A stretch of DNA of 32,000 nt from Okeania sp. (GTDB lineage Bacteria; Cyanobacteriota; Cyanobacteriia; Cyanobacteriales; Microcoleaceae). The stretch lies in assembly GCF_035285525.1 (NCBI RefSeq), contig NZ_JAYKGW010000182.1:1-32000 (forward strand), read 5' to 3'. The notes beneath the pieces were generated by a model, which did not search any database, was not told the DNA's origin, and worked only from the letters and a program-made list of their open reading frames with translations. A program made the position numbers and the translations under genes. Positions 9,901 through 17,024 of the stretch are shown piece after piece; the stretch's first letter is position 1, and each line of letters starts with the position of its first letter.

Positions 9901-10606
9901 AGGAAGAGAAAAATATTATTTAGAAAAGTTAATTAGATTACCAGAAACATCTGTAGCTGTCGGTGGTTTTGATAGTCTTTCTGTTGATAGAAATTCTACT
10001 AGAAATAGTCTCGGAATAGACTCAGATAAAATGGTTTATTTGTGTGTAGCACCGGGGCGAAAAACTAATCCTGAAATGGTACGCGCTCAACTGAAAATTT
10101 TACAATATACTCCAGAAAGCATATTAATTAGAAAAGGTCAAGGAGATGTTGATATAATTTATCAAACTTATCGTCAAGAATGTGAAAATTTAGGTGTAGA
10201 TTTTAACCGAATTATCTTTTTAGGGCAAACAAAAACCGAAGAAGAACATCGAGCAATTTATCAGATAGCCGATGCTTTATTAGACTCTTATCCTTATAAT
10301 GGTGGTACTCATAATTTAGAAGCTTTATGGTCAAATTTACCAATAATAACTAGAGCTGGCGAACAATATTTATCTCGAATGGGTTACTCATTTTTGCAGA
10401 ATATAAATTTAGATATAGGAGTTGCTTGGAGTTGGGAAGAATATACAGAATGGGGCATTAAATTAGGTCAAAATAATAGTTTAAGAAATGCAGTCCGCGA
10501 ACATTTGCAAAAGTCAAAAAATCCAGGTAATTTAGCGCCTTTATGGAATCCTCAAAAATTAGCAAAAGAGATGTATCAGGTATTTGCTGAACTAAGGAAT
10601 AAATAA
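6956..10606 (+). CDS. Double-TPR-block protein with a C-terminal GT41 (SPINDLY / O-linked GlcNAc transferase-like) domain
   Basis: 1216 aa. There are about 6 TPRs at aa 1-210 and about 9 TPRs at aa 405-720 (A..Y..AL...P.....LG motifs), separated by a K/E-rich linker. The C-terminus carries GT41 hallmarks: IGFLSKHFRRHSVGW and LDSYPYNGGTHNLEALWSNLPIITRAGEQYLSRMGYS. Confidence 0.88.
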   Translation: MLAENYFNTANKLKDSGQIYTAMITYQKALSIKPDYVEVYNKLAEIYWRQENFDAAISACQKAVKIKPNFASAYLTLGNIFQSQSLFEKAINAYHQALGFEPIFPEVYANIGSVYYKQRQFDLAIFNYQKALEINPELASVQLMLGNVFAHIGEFDRAVYCYQKLLEIKPKDYKAYFKLAEVFALYGNLESAFDYYEKSLSIQPNYQCAFAKLYTLLKPETKKQELEVLFSEWQKFARKNNRNIKEYINLVIPEKLTIFLDKEKLREKQNIEAISVNAENGVQSGTLNLIPDEKLDSLEKNYDNLPYPDEVKKNLEKKGETKTWENQELKSELAKKLLRLLEVDRENYQIKSTALDLINQPKIESLDNISENLLLPNKVEESLEKKGETKTWENQELKSELAKKLLKFTGVETYINQANIALKQKNLELAIASCKQALKIQPNYSPCYVTLGNAFYQQNNLESALYAYSQALKIEPEVAEVQGNIGSVYFQLGQYKQALFHYQKAVELKPNLAGIYWNIGKLFQHLGKVDEALEAWEKALKIQPDIVEANFHFKLGNTLVKLSKTNEAIKYYQRAINLKPDHTEAYSSLANILGKQGNKETAIKYYQKALNINPDFKHLHEKLANNLLLKGDYDQAIYHYQEAIKYNPKSYDAYANLGTALSNKGLLELALQKYYQALELKPNWAEVYSRIGHIIKQDKMEEAIALFEKAIQAKPKFVEAHQQLCDLLSHTTKLAEARKAADNFYNHCGEIAPILSGVAFLFSYFQSGVSDIANSKLSEVEKICYQRVETFGEIETKLLYEIFLFAVPHLRDDLEQNANFYKLIAKQYYQNRTKIYQTPKTNTSTSQPLKIGFLSKHFRRHSVGWCTEALIRELSQITPDLHLYITGPLKRDDITQRFEQMSVKTYWPKKYPHGFPSYEEITAKILEDKLDIVVDLDSMTLPVNVHILYEKPAPVCVSWLGFDAPYISENNYFLCDWYTHPQGREKYYLEKLIRLPETSVAVGGFDSLSVDRNSTRNSLGIDSDKMVYLCVAPGRKTNPEMVRAQLKILQYTPESILIRKGQGDVDIIYQTYRQECENLGVDFNRIIFLGQTKTEEEHRAIYQIADALLDSYPYNGGTHNLEALWSNLPIITRAGEQYLSRMGYSFLQNINLDIGVAWSWEEYTEWGIKLGQNNSLRNAVREHLQKSKNPGNLAPLWNPQKLAKEMYQVFAELRNK
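7897..7970. repeat. Copy 1 of a perfect 74-bp direct repeat inside the TPR/GT41 gene
   Basis: TCTGGAAAAAAAAGGTGAAACTAAGACTTGGGAAAATCAAGAATTAAAGTCAGAGTTAGCCAAAAAATTATTAA, identical to 8101-8174. Confidence 0.95.
8101..8174. repeat. Copy 2 of the perfect 74-bp direct repeat (offset 204 bp = 68 codons, in frame)
   Basis: Same 74-mer as 7897-7970. Both copies encode LEKKGETKTWENQELKSELAKKLL. Confidence 0.95.
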
Positions 10607-10706
10607 GAAGAAAGAAGAAAGAAGGAAGAAATAATAATTAATAAGTAATAATTAATAATTAATAAGGGTAAGCATTTAGCCTTCAGCTATTAGCTATCAG
10701 CTATAG
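10607..10706. repeat. Compound STRR block: GAAGAAA/GAAGGAA heptamers, then AATAATT-type heptamers, then a GTAAGCATTTAGCC + AGCTATY heptamer element
   Basis: Read directly from the sequence, starting 1 nt after the TPR/GT41 stop codon. An inverted TTCCTTCT / GGGAATA-type patch lies at about 10811-10838. Confidence 0.8.
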
Positions 10707-10891
10707 TGTTTTAAAATGAGATGTAAATCTAGATTGAGTTTTTTTTATGGTAAAAAAGCGCTGTATTGAATGCCATATATCCTTATGTTTACTACTATTT
10801 AATGTTGTTTTTCCTTCTTTACTATTCCCTATTCCCTAATATCTCATAAATCATTGCTTATCCCTATGTTTCAATAAAAATAAATTAAATT

Positions 10892-12208
10892 ATGAATCAA
10901 CCCTTATTTCCCAGACAGTTAGAATTATTTCCTGTTGACAAATCAGAAAATTATCATCATCAAACACCTACTTTCTCTGATAATTTATCCCTTCCCATTC
11001 ATAGATGGTTTGGTTATTCAGCAGGATTTTCTGCTAACTGGGTAAAAGAATTAATCCAAACAGAAAAAGTCAAAAGTAGACAAAGAATAATCGACCCATT
11101 TGTAGGTTCTGGAACTACACTTTTAGCTGCCGAATTTTGTAATATTGAAGCAATAGGAATTGAAGCTCATCCTTTTGTTGCCCGTATTGCTCAAGCAAAA
11201 CTTTATTGGAGAGAAAACTATCAAGATTTTAGAGATTATGCAATGGGTATTTTGGCAAATGCTCAAACTATTTACCAAAAAGAAAATATCAACAACTTTG
11301 ACGATTATCCAACTTTAATTCATAAATGCTTTCCTCCTCTAATTTTATCCAAATTAGATAGTTTGTTAAAAGCATGGAAAAATACTGAAGATAATAGCTA
11401 TTTTTCTCAACTTTCATGGTTAGCACTAACTGGAATTTTAAGAGAATGTTCTCCTGTGGGAACTGCTCAATGGCAATATGTTTTACCAAAGAAAAATAAA
11501 GCTAAAATAACTGACCCTTACGAAGCATTTTTAACTAAGATTTACTTGATGAGTAGTGACATGGCTAAACAACAACAATATCAATTAAATAAGAGAGCAA
11601 TATTATATTGTGAAGATGCTAGAAAATGTAATTCAGTTAATAATAAATGGGCAGATTTAGTCATTACCTCTCCCCCTTATGCTAATAACTATGATTATGC
11701 AGATGCTACTAGATTAGAAATGAGTTTTTTTCGAGAAATTAACAATTGGGGAGACTTACAAACTGCTGTACGTCAATATCTAATTCGTTCCTGTACTCAG
11801 CATATTTCTGACTTAAATAAAGAGATTGATAATATCCTCGCTCAACATAAACTTTTGCCAATTTATCAAGAAATTACTGAGACTTGTCAGTTATTAGCTG
11901 ATGAAAGAAAAAATCATGGAGGTAAAAAACCATATCATACTATGATTGCTGCTTATTTCAGTGATATGGCTGAAGTTTGGATAACTTTGCGACGGCTAAC
12001 TCAAGAAGGTTGTTTAGTTTGCTTTATAATAGGAGATTCTGCTCCTTATGGCATCTATGTTCCAGTGGACAAATGGTTAGGTAAGCTAGCTATTTCTGCT
12101 GGATTTAAGTCTTATAAATTTGAGAAAATTAGAGATAGAAATGTGAAATGGAAAAACCGTAAACATAGGGTTCCACTTCACGAAGGAATTCTCTGGGTGG
12201 AAGGATAA
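10892..12208 (+). CDS. Site-specific DNA (N4-cytosine or N6-adenine) methyltransferase
   Basis: 438 aa. The AdoMet motif I is IIDPFVGSGTTLLAAEF (aa ~66-82) and the catalytic motif IV is VITSPPYANNY (aa ~257-267). An N-terminal HRWFGYSAGFS element is also present. Confidence 0.85.
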   Translation: MNQPLFPRQLELFPVDKSENYHHQTPTFSDNLSLPIHRWFGYSAGFSANWVKELIQTEKVKSRQRIIDPFVGSGTTLLAAEFCNIEAIGIEAHPFVARIAQAKLYWRENYQDFRDYAMGILANAQTIYQKENINNFDDYPTLIHKCFPPLILSKLDSLLKAWKNTEDNSYFSQLSWLALTGILRECSPVGTAQWQYVLPKKNKAKITDPYEAFLTKIYLMSSDMAKQQQYQLNKRAILYCEDARKCNSVNNKWADLVITSPPYANNYDYADATRLEMSFFREINNWGDLQTAVRQYLIRSCTQHISDLNKEIDNILAQHKLLPIYQEITETCQLLADERKNHGGKKPYHTMIAAYFSDMAEVWITLRRLTQEGCLVCFIIGDSAPYGIYVPVDKWLGKLAISAGFKSYKFEKIRDRNVKWKNRKHRVPLHEGILWVEG

Positions 12209-12209
12209 T

Positions 12210-12881
12210 ATGGCTAAATCTCCAGCACATCAATTTGGGCAAATTATTGGTGATATTTTAGAAATATCTATTGAATCTATATTGGAAAATTTTGCTAGAG
12301 AAAATCAACTTTATTTAGATAAAAAAGGTTCTCGATCGGCAAGGAAAGGAAAAAAAGTTAGTTGGGTAGACTTATACGGAAACCAGCATGATTTAGATTT
12401 TGTATTAGAAAATGCAGGTAGCGATACACAAATAGGAACGCCAGTGGCATTTATAGAAACTGCTTGGCGTCGCTACACAAAGCATTCTCGAAATAAGGCA
12501 CAAGAAATTCAGGGAGCTATTCTCCCACTGGTTGCTGCTCATCAAAATGCTGCTCCATTTATTGGAGTAATTTTAGCTGGATGTTTTACTGAAAATTCTT
12601 TAAATCAATTACATTCTCTTGGGTTTACAATAGCTTACTTCCCTTATAATACTATTATTCAATCATTTGAATTTGTTGGTATTAATGCCTATTTTGATGA
12701 GAAAACTCCTGATGCTGAGTTTGTTGAAAAAGTGAGTAGATGTCAAACTTTGCCTAGAGAAAATTATATTAATATTGCTAATAAATTGGTTGAGTTAAAT
12801 TCAGACGTAGTTGCAAAATTTATTACCCAACTTAGGTACTATATTACTAGAAAAATTACTTCTATTAAAGTTTGCCATTGA
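12210..12881 (+). CDS. Putative type II restriction endonuclease partner of the methyltransferase (PD-(D/E)XK-like candidate)
   Basis: The ATG lies 1 nt after the methyltransferase stop, indicating translational coupling. The candidate nuclease core is HDLDFVLEN...VAFIETAWRRYTKHSRNK. I did not recognise a named family. Confidence 0.5.
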   Translation: MAKSPAHQFGQIIGDILEISIESILENFARENQLYLDKKGSRSARKGKKVSWVDLYGNQHDLDFVLENAGSDTQIGTPVAFIETAWRRYTKHSRNKAQEIQGAILPLVAAHQNAAPFIGVILAGCFTENSLNQLHSLGFTIAYFPYNTIIQSFEFVGINAYFDEKTPDAEFVEKVSRCQTLPRENYINIANKLVELNSDVVAKFITQLRYYITRKITSIKVCH

Positions 12882-12888
12882 GGCAAAT

Positions 12889-13095
12889 ATGTTTGAGTAT
12901 AATTCAGTAAAAGATGCTATTAAATTTATAGAAACATATCAAGGTAACTCAGGTTTACAACCATTAGTAAAATACGAAATTCAGATTAATTATAATACAG
13001 GCCATCGCATTGAAGGAAAATTTACAGATAAGCAAAACGTCATTCAATTTTTACGCACTTATCAACTTGCTGACTTACGACCTATTATTGATTAA
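12889..13095 (+). CDS. Small hypothetical protein (68 aa), or alternatively a frameshifted C-terminal extension of the upstream nuclease candidate
   Basis: GAGG lies 6 nt before the ATG at 12889, which is 8 nt after the upstream stop. Translation is MFEYNSVKDAIKFIETYQGNSGLQPLVKYEIQINYNTGHRIEGKFTDKQNVIQFLRTYQLADLRPIID. The same frame is already open from 12811. Confidence 0.35.
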   Translation: MFEYNSVKDAIKFIETYQGNSGLQPLVKYEIQINYNTGHRIEGKFTDKQNVIQFLRTYQLADLRPIID

Positions 13096-13214
13096 ATTCA
13101 ACAACTCGTTATTCTTCCTGACTTCCCCTCCTGGGAAAGGGGTGGGTTTACTCCCCACTCCTCTAATCCTTAAAAAAAATTTCTTCTGCAAATCCTTACA
13201 TAATTTAGTCCATT

Positions 13215-13913
13215 TTAATGACAGTATTTTCCATCCACAGCATTATCATGATCTTCTCCAGTTCGCATTCCCCCTATCAGAGTAGAAATAATCACACATC
13301 TTTTAGGTTTATCTTGATTTTGGGGTTTAATGGCTATACGTCCTTGTGCTTGAATGCTAGTTTGGGTACATTGATCCGTAGGATTGTAAACTGGACAACC
13401 CTTGTAGTTAAAAAGAGCGCGATAGATAGGGTCTGTTTTGTTGGTAGTAACTTTATTAGTGTCAGGTTTAACTATTCGTAGCGTAGTTTCATATTTGTCC
13501 TTGTCATTTTTCTCGTTGTCGTCTATCTCAATACCAGGTTCCAAATATTCCCAAGTTGAAGTTGGCACATCGTTGGGGACTGTCGTTGCTTTATGTACTG
13601 CCCACTTAATAACAGGTTGACCTTCTGCATTGGTGGTTTCTTGGAAACTTGCTTGCCAAGCGGTTTTATCTCTCGTAGCATTGCGTTTAGCTTTCAACAT
13701 AGCTTGATATATTCTATCATTGGAGGTGCGGGTGCGTTGTCTATTAATAAAAGCATTCCAACCAGGGGCAGCGATCGCTGCCAAAATACCAATAATGAGA
13801 ACAACAAATATTAATTCTAACAGACTATATCCTGTTTCTGGTTCTTTCAGTGATTTTTCTGATAGATTTTTAATAAGAGTTGATTTGACAAATCGCAATG
13901 TTTTTCCGTTCAT
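13215..13913 (-). CDS. Pseudopilin (prepilin-type N-terminal cleavage/methylation domain), paralogue of HpsD; fifth gene of the hps secretion module
   Basis: Prepilin motif ETG|YSLLELIFVVLIIGILAAIAAPGWNAFINRQRTRT. The C-terminal KRCVIISTLIGGMRTGED is shared with the 14362..14931 product. ATG at 13913 with AGGGTG upstream is preferred over the GTG at 13919 used by the ORF track. Confidence 0.85.
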   Translation of the reverse strand: MNGKTLRFVKSTLIKNLSEKSLKEPETGYSLLELIFVVLIIGILAAIAAPGWNAFINRQRTRTSNDRIYQAMLKAKRNATRDKTAWQASFQETTNAEGQPVIKWAVHKATTVPNDVPTSTWEYLEPGIEIDDNEKNDKDKYETTLRIVKPDTNKVTTNKTDPIYRALFNYKGCPVYNPTDQCTQTSIQAQGRIAIKPQNQDKPKRCVIISTLIGGMRTGEDHDNAVDGKYCH

Positions 13914-14029
13914 TTTCACCCTGATATCCTGTTATTTAACATTAAAGTATTTTACTGATTAATAATTTAATGTCAAACATAGAACCGGGTTATAAAATAT
14001 ATCTTTATAAATCTATACTATACTTAAGT

Positions 14030-14165
14030 ATGCAAGTATGCAATTAGATTTGATAAAATAATTATGCAAGTATGGAACTGGAATTAATAAAATAATTATG
14101 CAAGTATGCAATTAGATTTGATAGAATAATTATGCAAGTATGCAATCAAATTTAATAAAACAGGG
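14030..14165. repeat. Four tandem copies of a 34-bp unit (ATGCAAGTATGCAATTAGATTTGATAAAATAATT) upstream of the distal pseudopilin gene
   Basis: Units lie at 14030-14063, 14064-14097, 14098-14131 and 14132-14165. Units 1 and 3 differ by 1 nt; units 2 and 4 diverge in their 3' halves. Every unit keeps the ATGCAAGTATG head. Confidence 0.9.
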
Positions 14166-14179
14166 TGATATTTTTGAAT

Positions 14180-14224
14180 AAAAAAATTGCCCTGTCGTTA
14201 ACCTAGAATAAGTTTGACAGGGCA
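14180..14224 (-). terminator. Rho-independent terminator downstream of hpsD
   Basis: Minus strand has TGCCCTGTC, an 18-nt loop, then GACAGGGCA, followed by ATTTTTTTATT. Confidence 0.65.
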
Positions 14225-14272
14225 GTTATTTTGTGGTAAGTAGAGCAGCGATTTTCATTTGAATAAACCAAA

Positions 14273-14328
14273 GTAGGGACGTATCGCTGCGCGACATGTA
14301 ACGCATTTTTGTTATGCAACGTCCCTAC
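14273..14328. repeat. Hairpin repeat GTAGGGACGT...ACGTCCCTAC (MITE-like)
   Basis: 10-bp perfect terminal inverted repeat. The internal CGCTGCGCGACATGTAACGC is shared, inverted, with 15031-15050 inside the neighbouring MITE. Confidence 0.6.
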
Positions 14329-14361
14329 AGAGTTATCGCTTTTTTTCGTATGTAAATTAAA

Positions 14362-14931
14362 TTATGGGCAATTAGTATCTTCTGCTGTTCTCATCCCACC
14401 AAGTAAGGTTTCCACAATTACACATCGTTTAAATCCATTATTTGCTGTAGAAACTGTAACAGCAAAAGGTAAGTTATCTTCATTATCTAACGCACCAAGA
14501 TAATTAAAAGAGATACTTGTAACATCTTGATAAGCGGTACAATTATTATCAGCATCTTTAGTTTGACATTCTTTGACAACTAATTTAACCATTTCTGCTT
14601 TGATTTCACCATTAGCATTTAGCTTTTCTTGGGGAAGGTCTCCTATTTTCACCTCTGGAGGGTCTTTAGTAGAAGTAGGAGTGAACGTAACAATTACATC
14701 CTCCTTTTTCGACTTAGCTTGACTTTGTGCTTTTCTTAAAGCTTGAAATACTGCATCATTAACCGTACGAGTGCGTTGTCTATTAATAAAAGCATTCCAA
14801 CCAGGAGCAGCGATCGCGCTCAAGATACCGATTATCAGAACTACTACTACTAATTCTACTATAGAAAAACCAACAGTAGATGTCTTTGAGCGACTGCGTA
14901 GTAATATTTTTAATAAATTCAAAGGTTTCAT
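14362..14931 (-). CDS. hpsD: Hormogonium-polysaccharide secretion pseudopilin HpsD-like
   Basis: 189 aa. Prepilin motif TVG|FSIVELVVVVLIIGILSAIAAPGWNAFINRQRTRT. Third pseudopilin after the giant HpsA-like gene, with C-terminal KRCVIVETLLGGMRTAED. Confidence 0.75.
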   Translation of the reverse strand: MKPLNLLKILLRSRSKTSTVGFSIVELVVVVLIIGILSAIAAPGWNAFINRQRTRTVNDAVFQALRKAQSQAKSKKEDVIVTFTPTSTKDPPEVKIGDLPQEKLNANGEIKAEMVKLVVKECQTKDADNNCTAYQDVTSISFNYLGALDNEDNLPFAVTVSTANNGFKRCVIVETLLGGMRTAEDTNCP

Positions 14932-14967
14932 ATTAGTTAATTTTTCTTACAAATTGTTTGATACTCA

Positions 14968-15120
14968 GGACTGACGCGAAGGCATTATATAGAGTCTTGG
15001 TGCGTTGTGCTTTGTACGCTATTACATGTCGCGTAGCGTTTCGGCGCTTGAGCCGACATATAAAGCGGAGCTTTGCAGAACACAAAACACACCCTACCAA
15101 TAGCATTTATGCGTAAGTCC
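14968..15120. mobile_element. MITE-like element of the GGACTTACGCA family (copy B, long form, inverted relative to copies A and C)
   Basis: GGACTGACGCGAAGGCATTATATAGAGTCTTGGTGCGTT...CACCCTACCAATAGCATTTATGCGTAAGTCC. Its ends match the reverse complement of 17025-17110, and it has about 60 bp of extra internal sequence. Confidence 0.65.
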
Positions 15121-15266
15121 TAATACTTTTAGAAACTGGGTTTCTTTCCATAAGTCCTAAATTAAACTCTCTCAGTGTCAGTATTTTGCTCCCGTGGGTG
15201 CATCTTACCAAAATGAAATCTGCTGTATTATCTTGTTTTCCCTAAGTCCTATTATTGTTTCCTAAA

Positions 15267-16235
15267 TTATTCTGATGTTCCAAAGCCACTACGCGCTCCC
15301 ACTTGAGCAGTTGCTTTTGGGCAATAGGTAGTATTCTTATCACTACAGTCAGCATTGTTTGCTTGCATACGACGTAAGGCATCCCCTCGAATTGTAATTT
15401 TAGCTAAATTGTTTTTGGTACTCACTGAGTCTAGAGTAAAGCCTTCTATGTAATTAACTAACACCAATACATCTTTAGTGTAGGTTTCATTTTCTTTTGT
15501 CCAGCTTTCGGGATCATTATTATATTTGCTATAGCCTGCATCTCGCATAAATTTTTTCTTTTCAGTAGTATTACATATAGTATCATCCCTACCATTAGTA
15601 CCACAAACATAATTATTATTTTGAGTCTCTGTTACCCCATCCTGTATTTGAAACCTACCAATACGCTTGGCGCAATTACCAGTTCCAGGTTGACACCATG
15701 TAGTATTATTATCATCTATCAAATAATAGGCAACTAATGACTGAACAAAGGTATCATTACAGTTTATTGGCTCAGTTGTATCTGTACAAATACTACCCGA
15801 CGGAGCTAGTGCATCTTCAACAAATTCTCGCTTCCAAAATACTAGAATAGGCTCTTTTTCTCCACCAGCATCTTCTGAGGGTGGATGTGGGAGTTGAGCG
15901 ATGAAATTATCAATGGTTGTTTTTTCATCTTCTGTTTTGCCTTCCTTATTCAAGTCATAAATATAAAACGCTTGACTCATATCCTGAACAATATAATCAA
16001 CTGCTGCTTGTAACTCTTGTTGACTGTTCGTCTTTGCCTGTTCCTTTATATCCCTGTCTGTGATATCCACAACAAAAGTCAAAATTGGGACAATGATTAT
16101 CGTTGCCATGATTGTAGCAACTAATAGTTCTACCATGGTGAAGCCACTTATAGAGCTGCTTAACTTTTGCAACTTGCGATTTAACGGGGTTTTTATTAGT
16201 AATCTCAGTAAATTGTCGATCATAAATAAATACAT
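15267..16235 (-). CDS. hpsC: Hormogonium-polysaccharide secretion pseudopilin HpsC-like
   Basis: 322 aa. Prepilin motif ISG|FTMVELLVATIMATIII and a Cys-rich extracellular part. Second pseudopilin downstream of HpsA. An alternative start exists at 16223. Confidence 0.75.
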   Translation of the reverse strand: MYLFMIDNLLRLLIKTPLNRKLQKLSSSISGFTMVELLVATIMATIIIVPILTFVVDITDRDIKEQAKTNSQQELQAAVDYIVQDMSQAFYIYDLNKEGKTEDEKTTIDNFIAQLPHPPSEDAGGEKEPILVFWKREFVEDALAPSGSICTDTTEPINCNDTFVQSLVAYYLIDDNNTTWCQPGTGNCAKRIGRFQIQDGVTETQNNNYVCGTNGRDDTICNTTEKKKFMRDAGYSKYNNDPESWTKENETYTKDVLVLVNYIEGFTLDSVSTKNNLAKITIRGDALRRMQANNADCSDKNTTYCPKATAQVGARSGFGTSE

Positions 16236-16277
16236 TCCTAATTGTTCAAAATTTATCCCTAATGTAAGTTCAAATTG

Positions 16278-17000
16278 CTATTGGCAATCTCCTCCTCCTA
16301 AGCGATCGCAAATTTTTTGAAATGAACCATTGAGTGATTTTGGAGCTATTTCTACTTTAGTTACAAATAGAGGTCTTTCTACATCACCAGACCTAGTTGC
16401 TAACCCAGCGTTATTGACAGTAAATGGTACATCTTGATTTGATAATTTTACAGAGCTGGCAAAAGCTTTGGCTCTAAAAACTCTTACCTTTAAAATATAA
16501 CCAAGTTTTGACTTAGTAGCTGAATCAGCAGTTAGTATTTGGTTCTTGTAATCACTATCTGGCAAATCGAAATAAATTATTGCTCCATGAACCATCATAT
16601 CTGTTAGACTCTCAGGAGTACATTCACCATCACCATCACCATCTACACAATAAAATTGACCTAGCACTTGGGATATTAGTGCTGTTGGGCAATATTGTAG
16701 ATTATTGCCATCAGTCTGGGAACATTCTGTCAAAGCAGTAGCTGAAATTTGTTGGTCGCTGACAAAGCCTTCTGGTGCAGAGAGTTGCCCTTTTCTAACA
16801 GCATCAATATAACTCCTCGCTGCCTGTGTTGCCAGTTCTACTCGTCTTGCCTGAACGCGAGTCCCCACTGACACAGCAATAATAGGAGCAACTGCACTCA
16901 TAATCGCAGCTACTATTACCATTGCTATCAACCCCTCAATCATGGTATAGCCTGCTTCTGGGGAAAAGAAGTTATTTTTTAGTCTTTGTTTAAGTTTCAT
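16278..17000 (-). CDS. hpsB: Hormogonium-polysaccharide secretion pseudopilin HpsB-like
   Basis: 240 aa. Prepilin motif EAG|YTMIEGLIAMVIVAAIMSAVAPII. First pseudopilin downstream of HpsA. Contains a CVDGDGDGEC loop. Confidence 0.75.
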   Translation of the reverse strand: MKLKQRLKNNFFSPEAGYTMIEGLIAMVIVAAIMSAVAPIIAVSVGTRVQARRVELATQAARSYIDAVRKGQLSAPEGFVSDQQISATALTECSQTDGNNLQYCPTALISQVLGQFYCVDGDGDGECTPESLTDMMVHGAIIYFDLPDSDYKNQILTADSATKSKLGYILKVRVFRAKAFASSVKLSNQDVPFTVNNAGLATRSGDVERPLFVTKVEIAPKSLNGSFQKICDRLGGGDCQ

Positions 17001-17024
17001 AGCAGTTAATCCTTTTTTTTATAA

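Noticed and set aside
12811-12888. ATG at 12811 as the start of the 94-aa ORF
   Set aside because: It would overlap the upstream gene by 71 nt and has no SD sequence. The internal ATG at 12889 has a GAGG at ideal spacing. The frameshift alternative is kept as a finding.
13010-13962. Plus-strand ORFs 13010..13285, 13218..13481, 13438..13620, 13593..13814 and 13720..13962
   Set aside because: All are antisense to the pseudopilin gene or span the convergent intergenic hairpins. The pseudopilin frame has the diagnostic prepilin motif.
14030-14165. Regularly spaced 34-bp repeats that might be mistaken for a CRISPR array
   Set aside because: The units are contiguous with no spacers, are very AT-rich and lack a palindromic core. 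No cas genes or leader are nearby. This is a plain tandem repeat.
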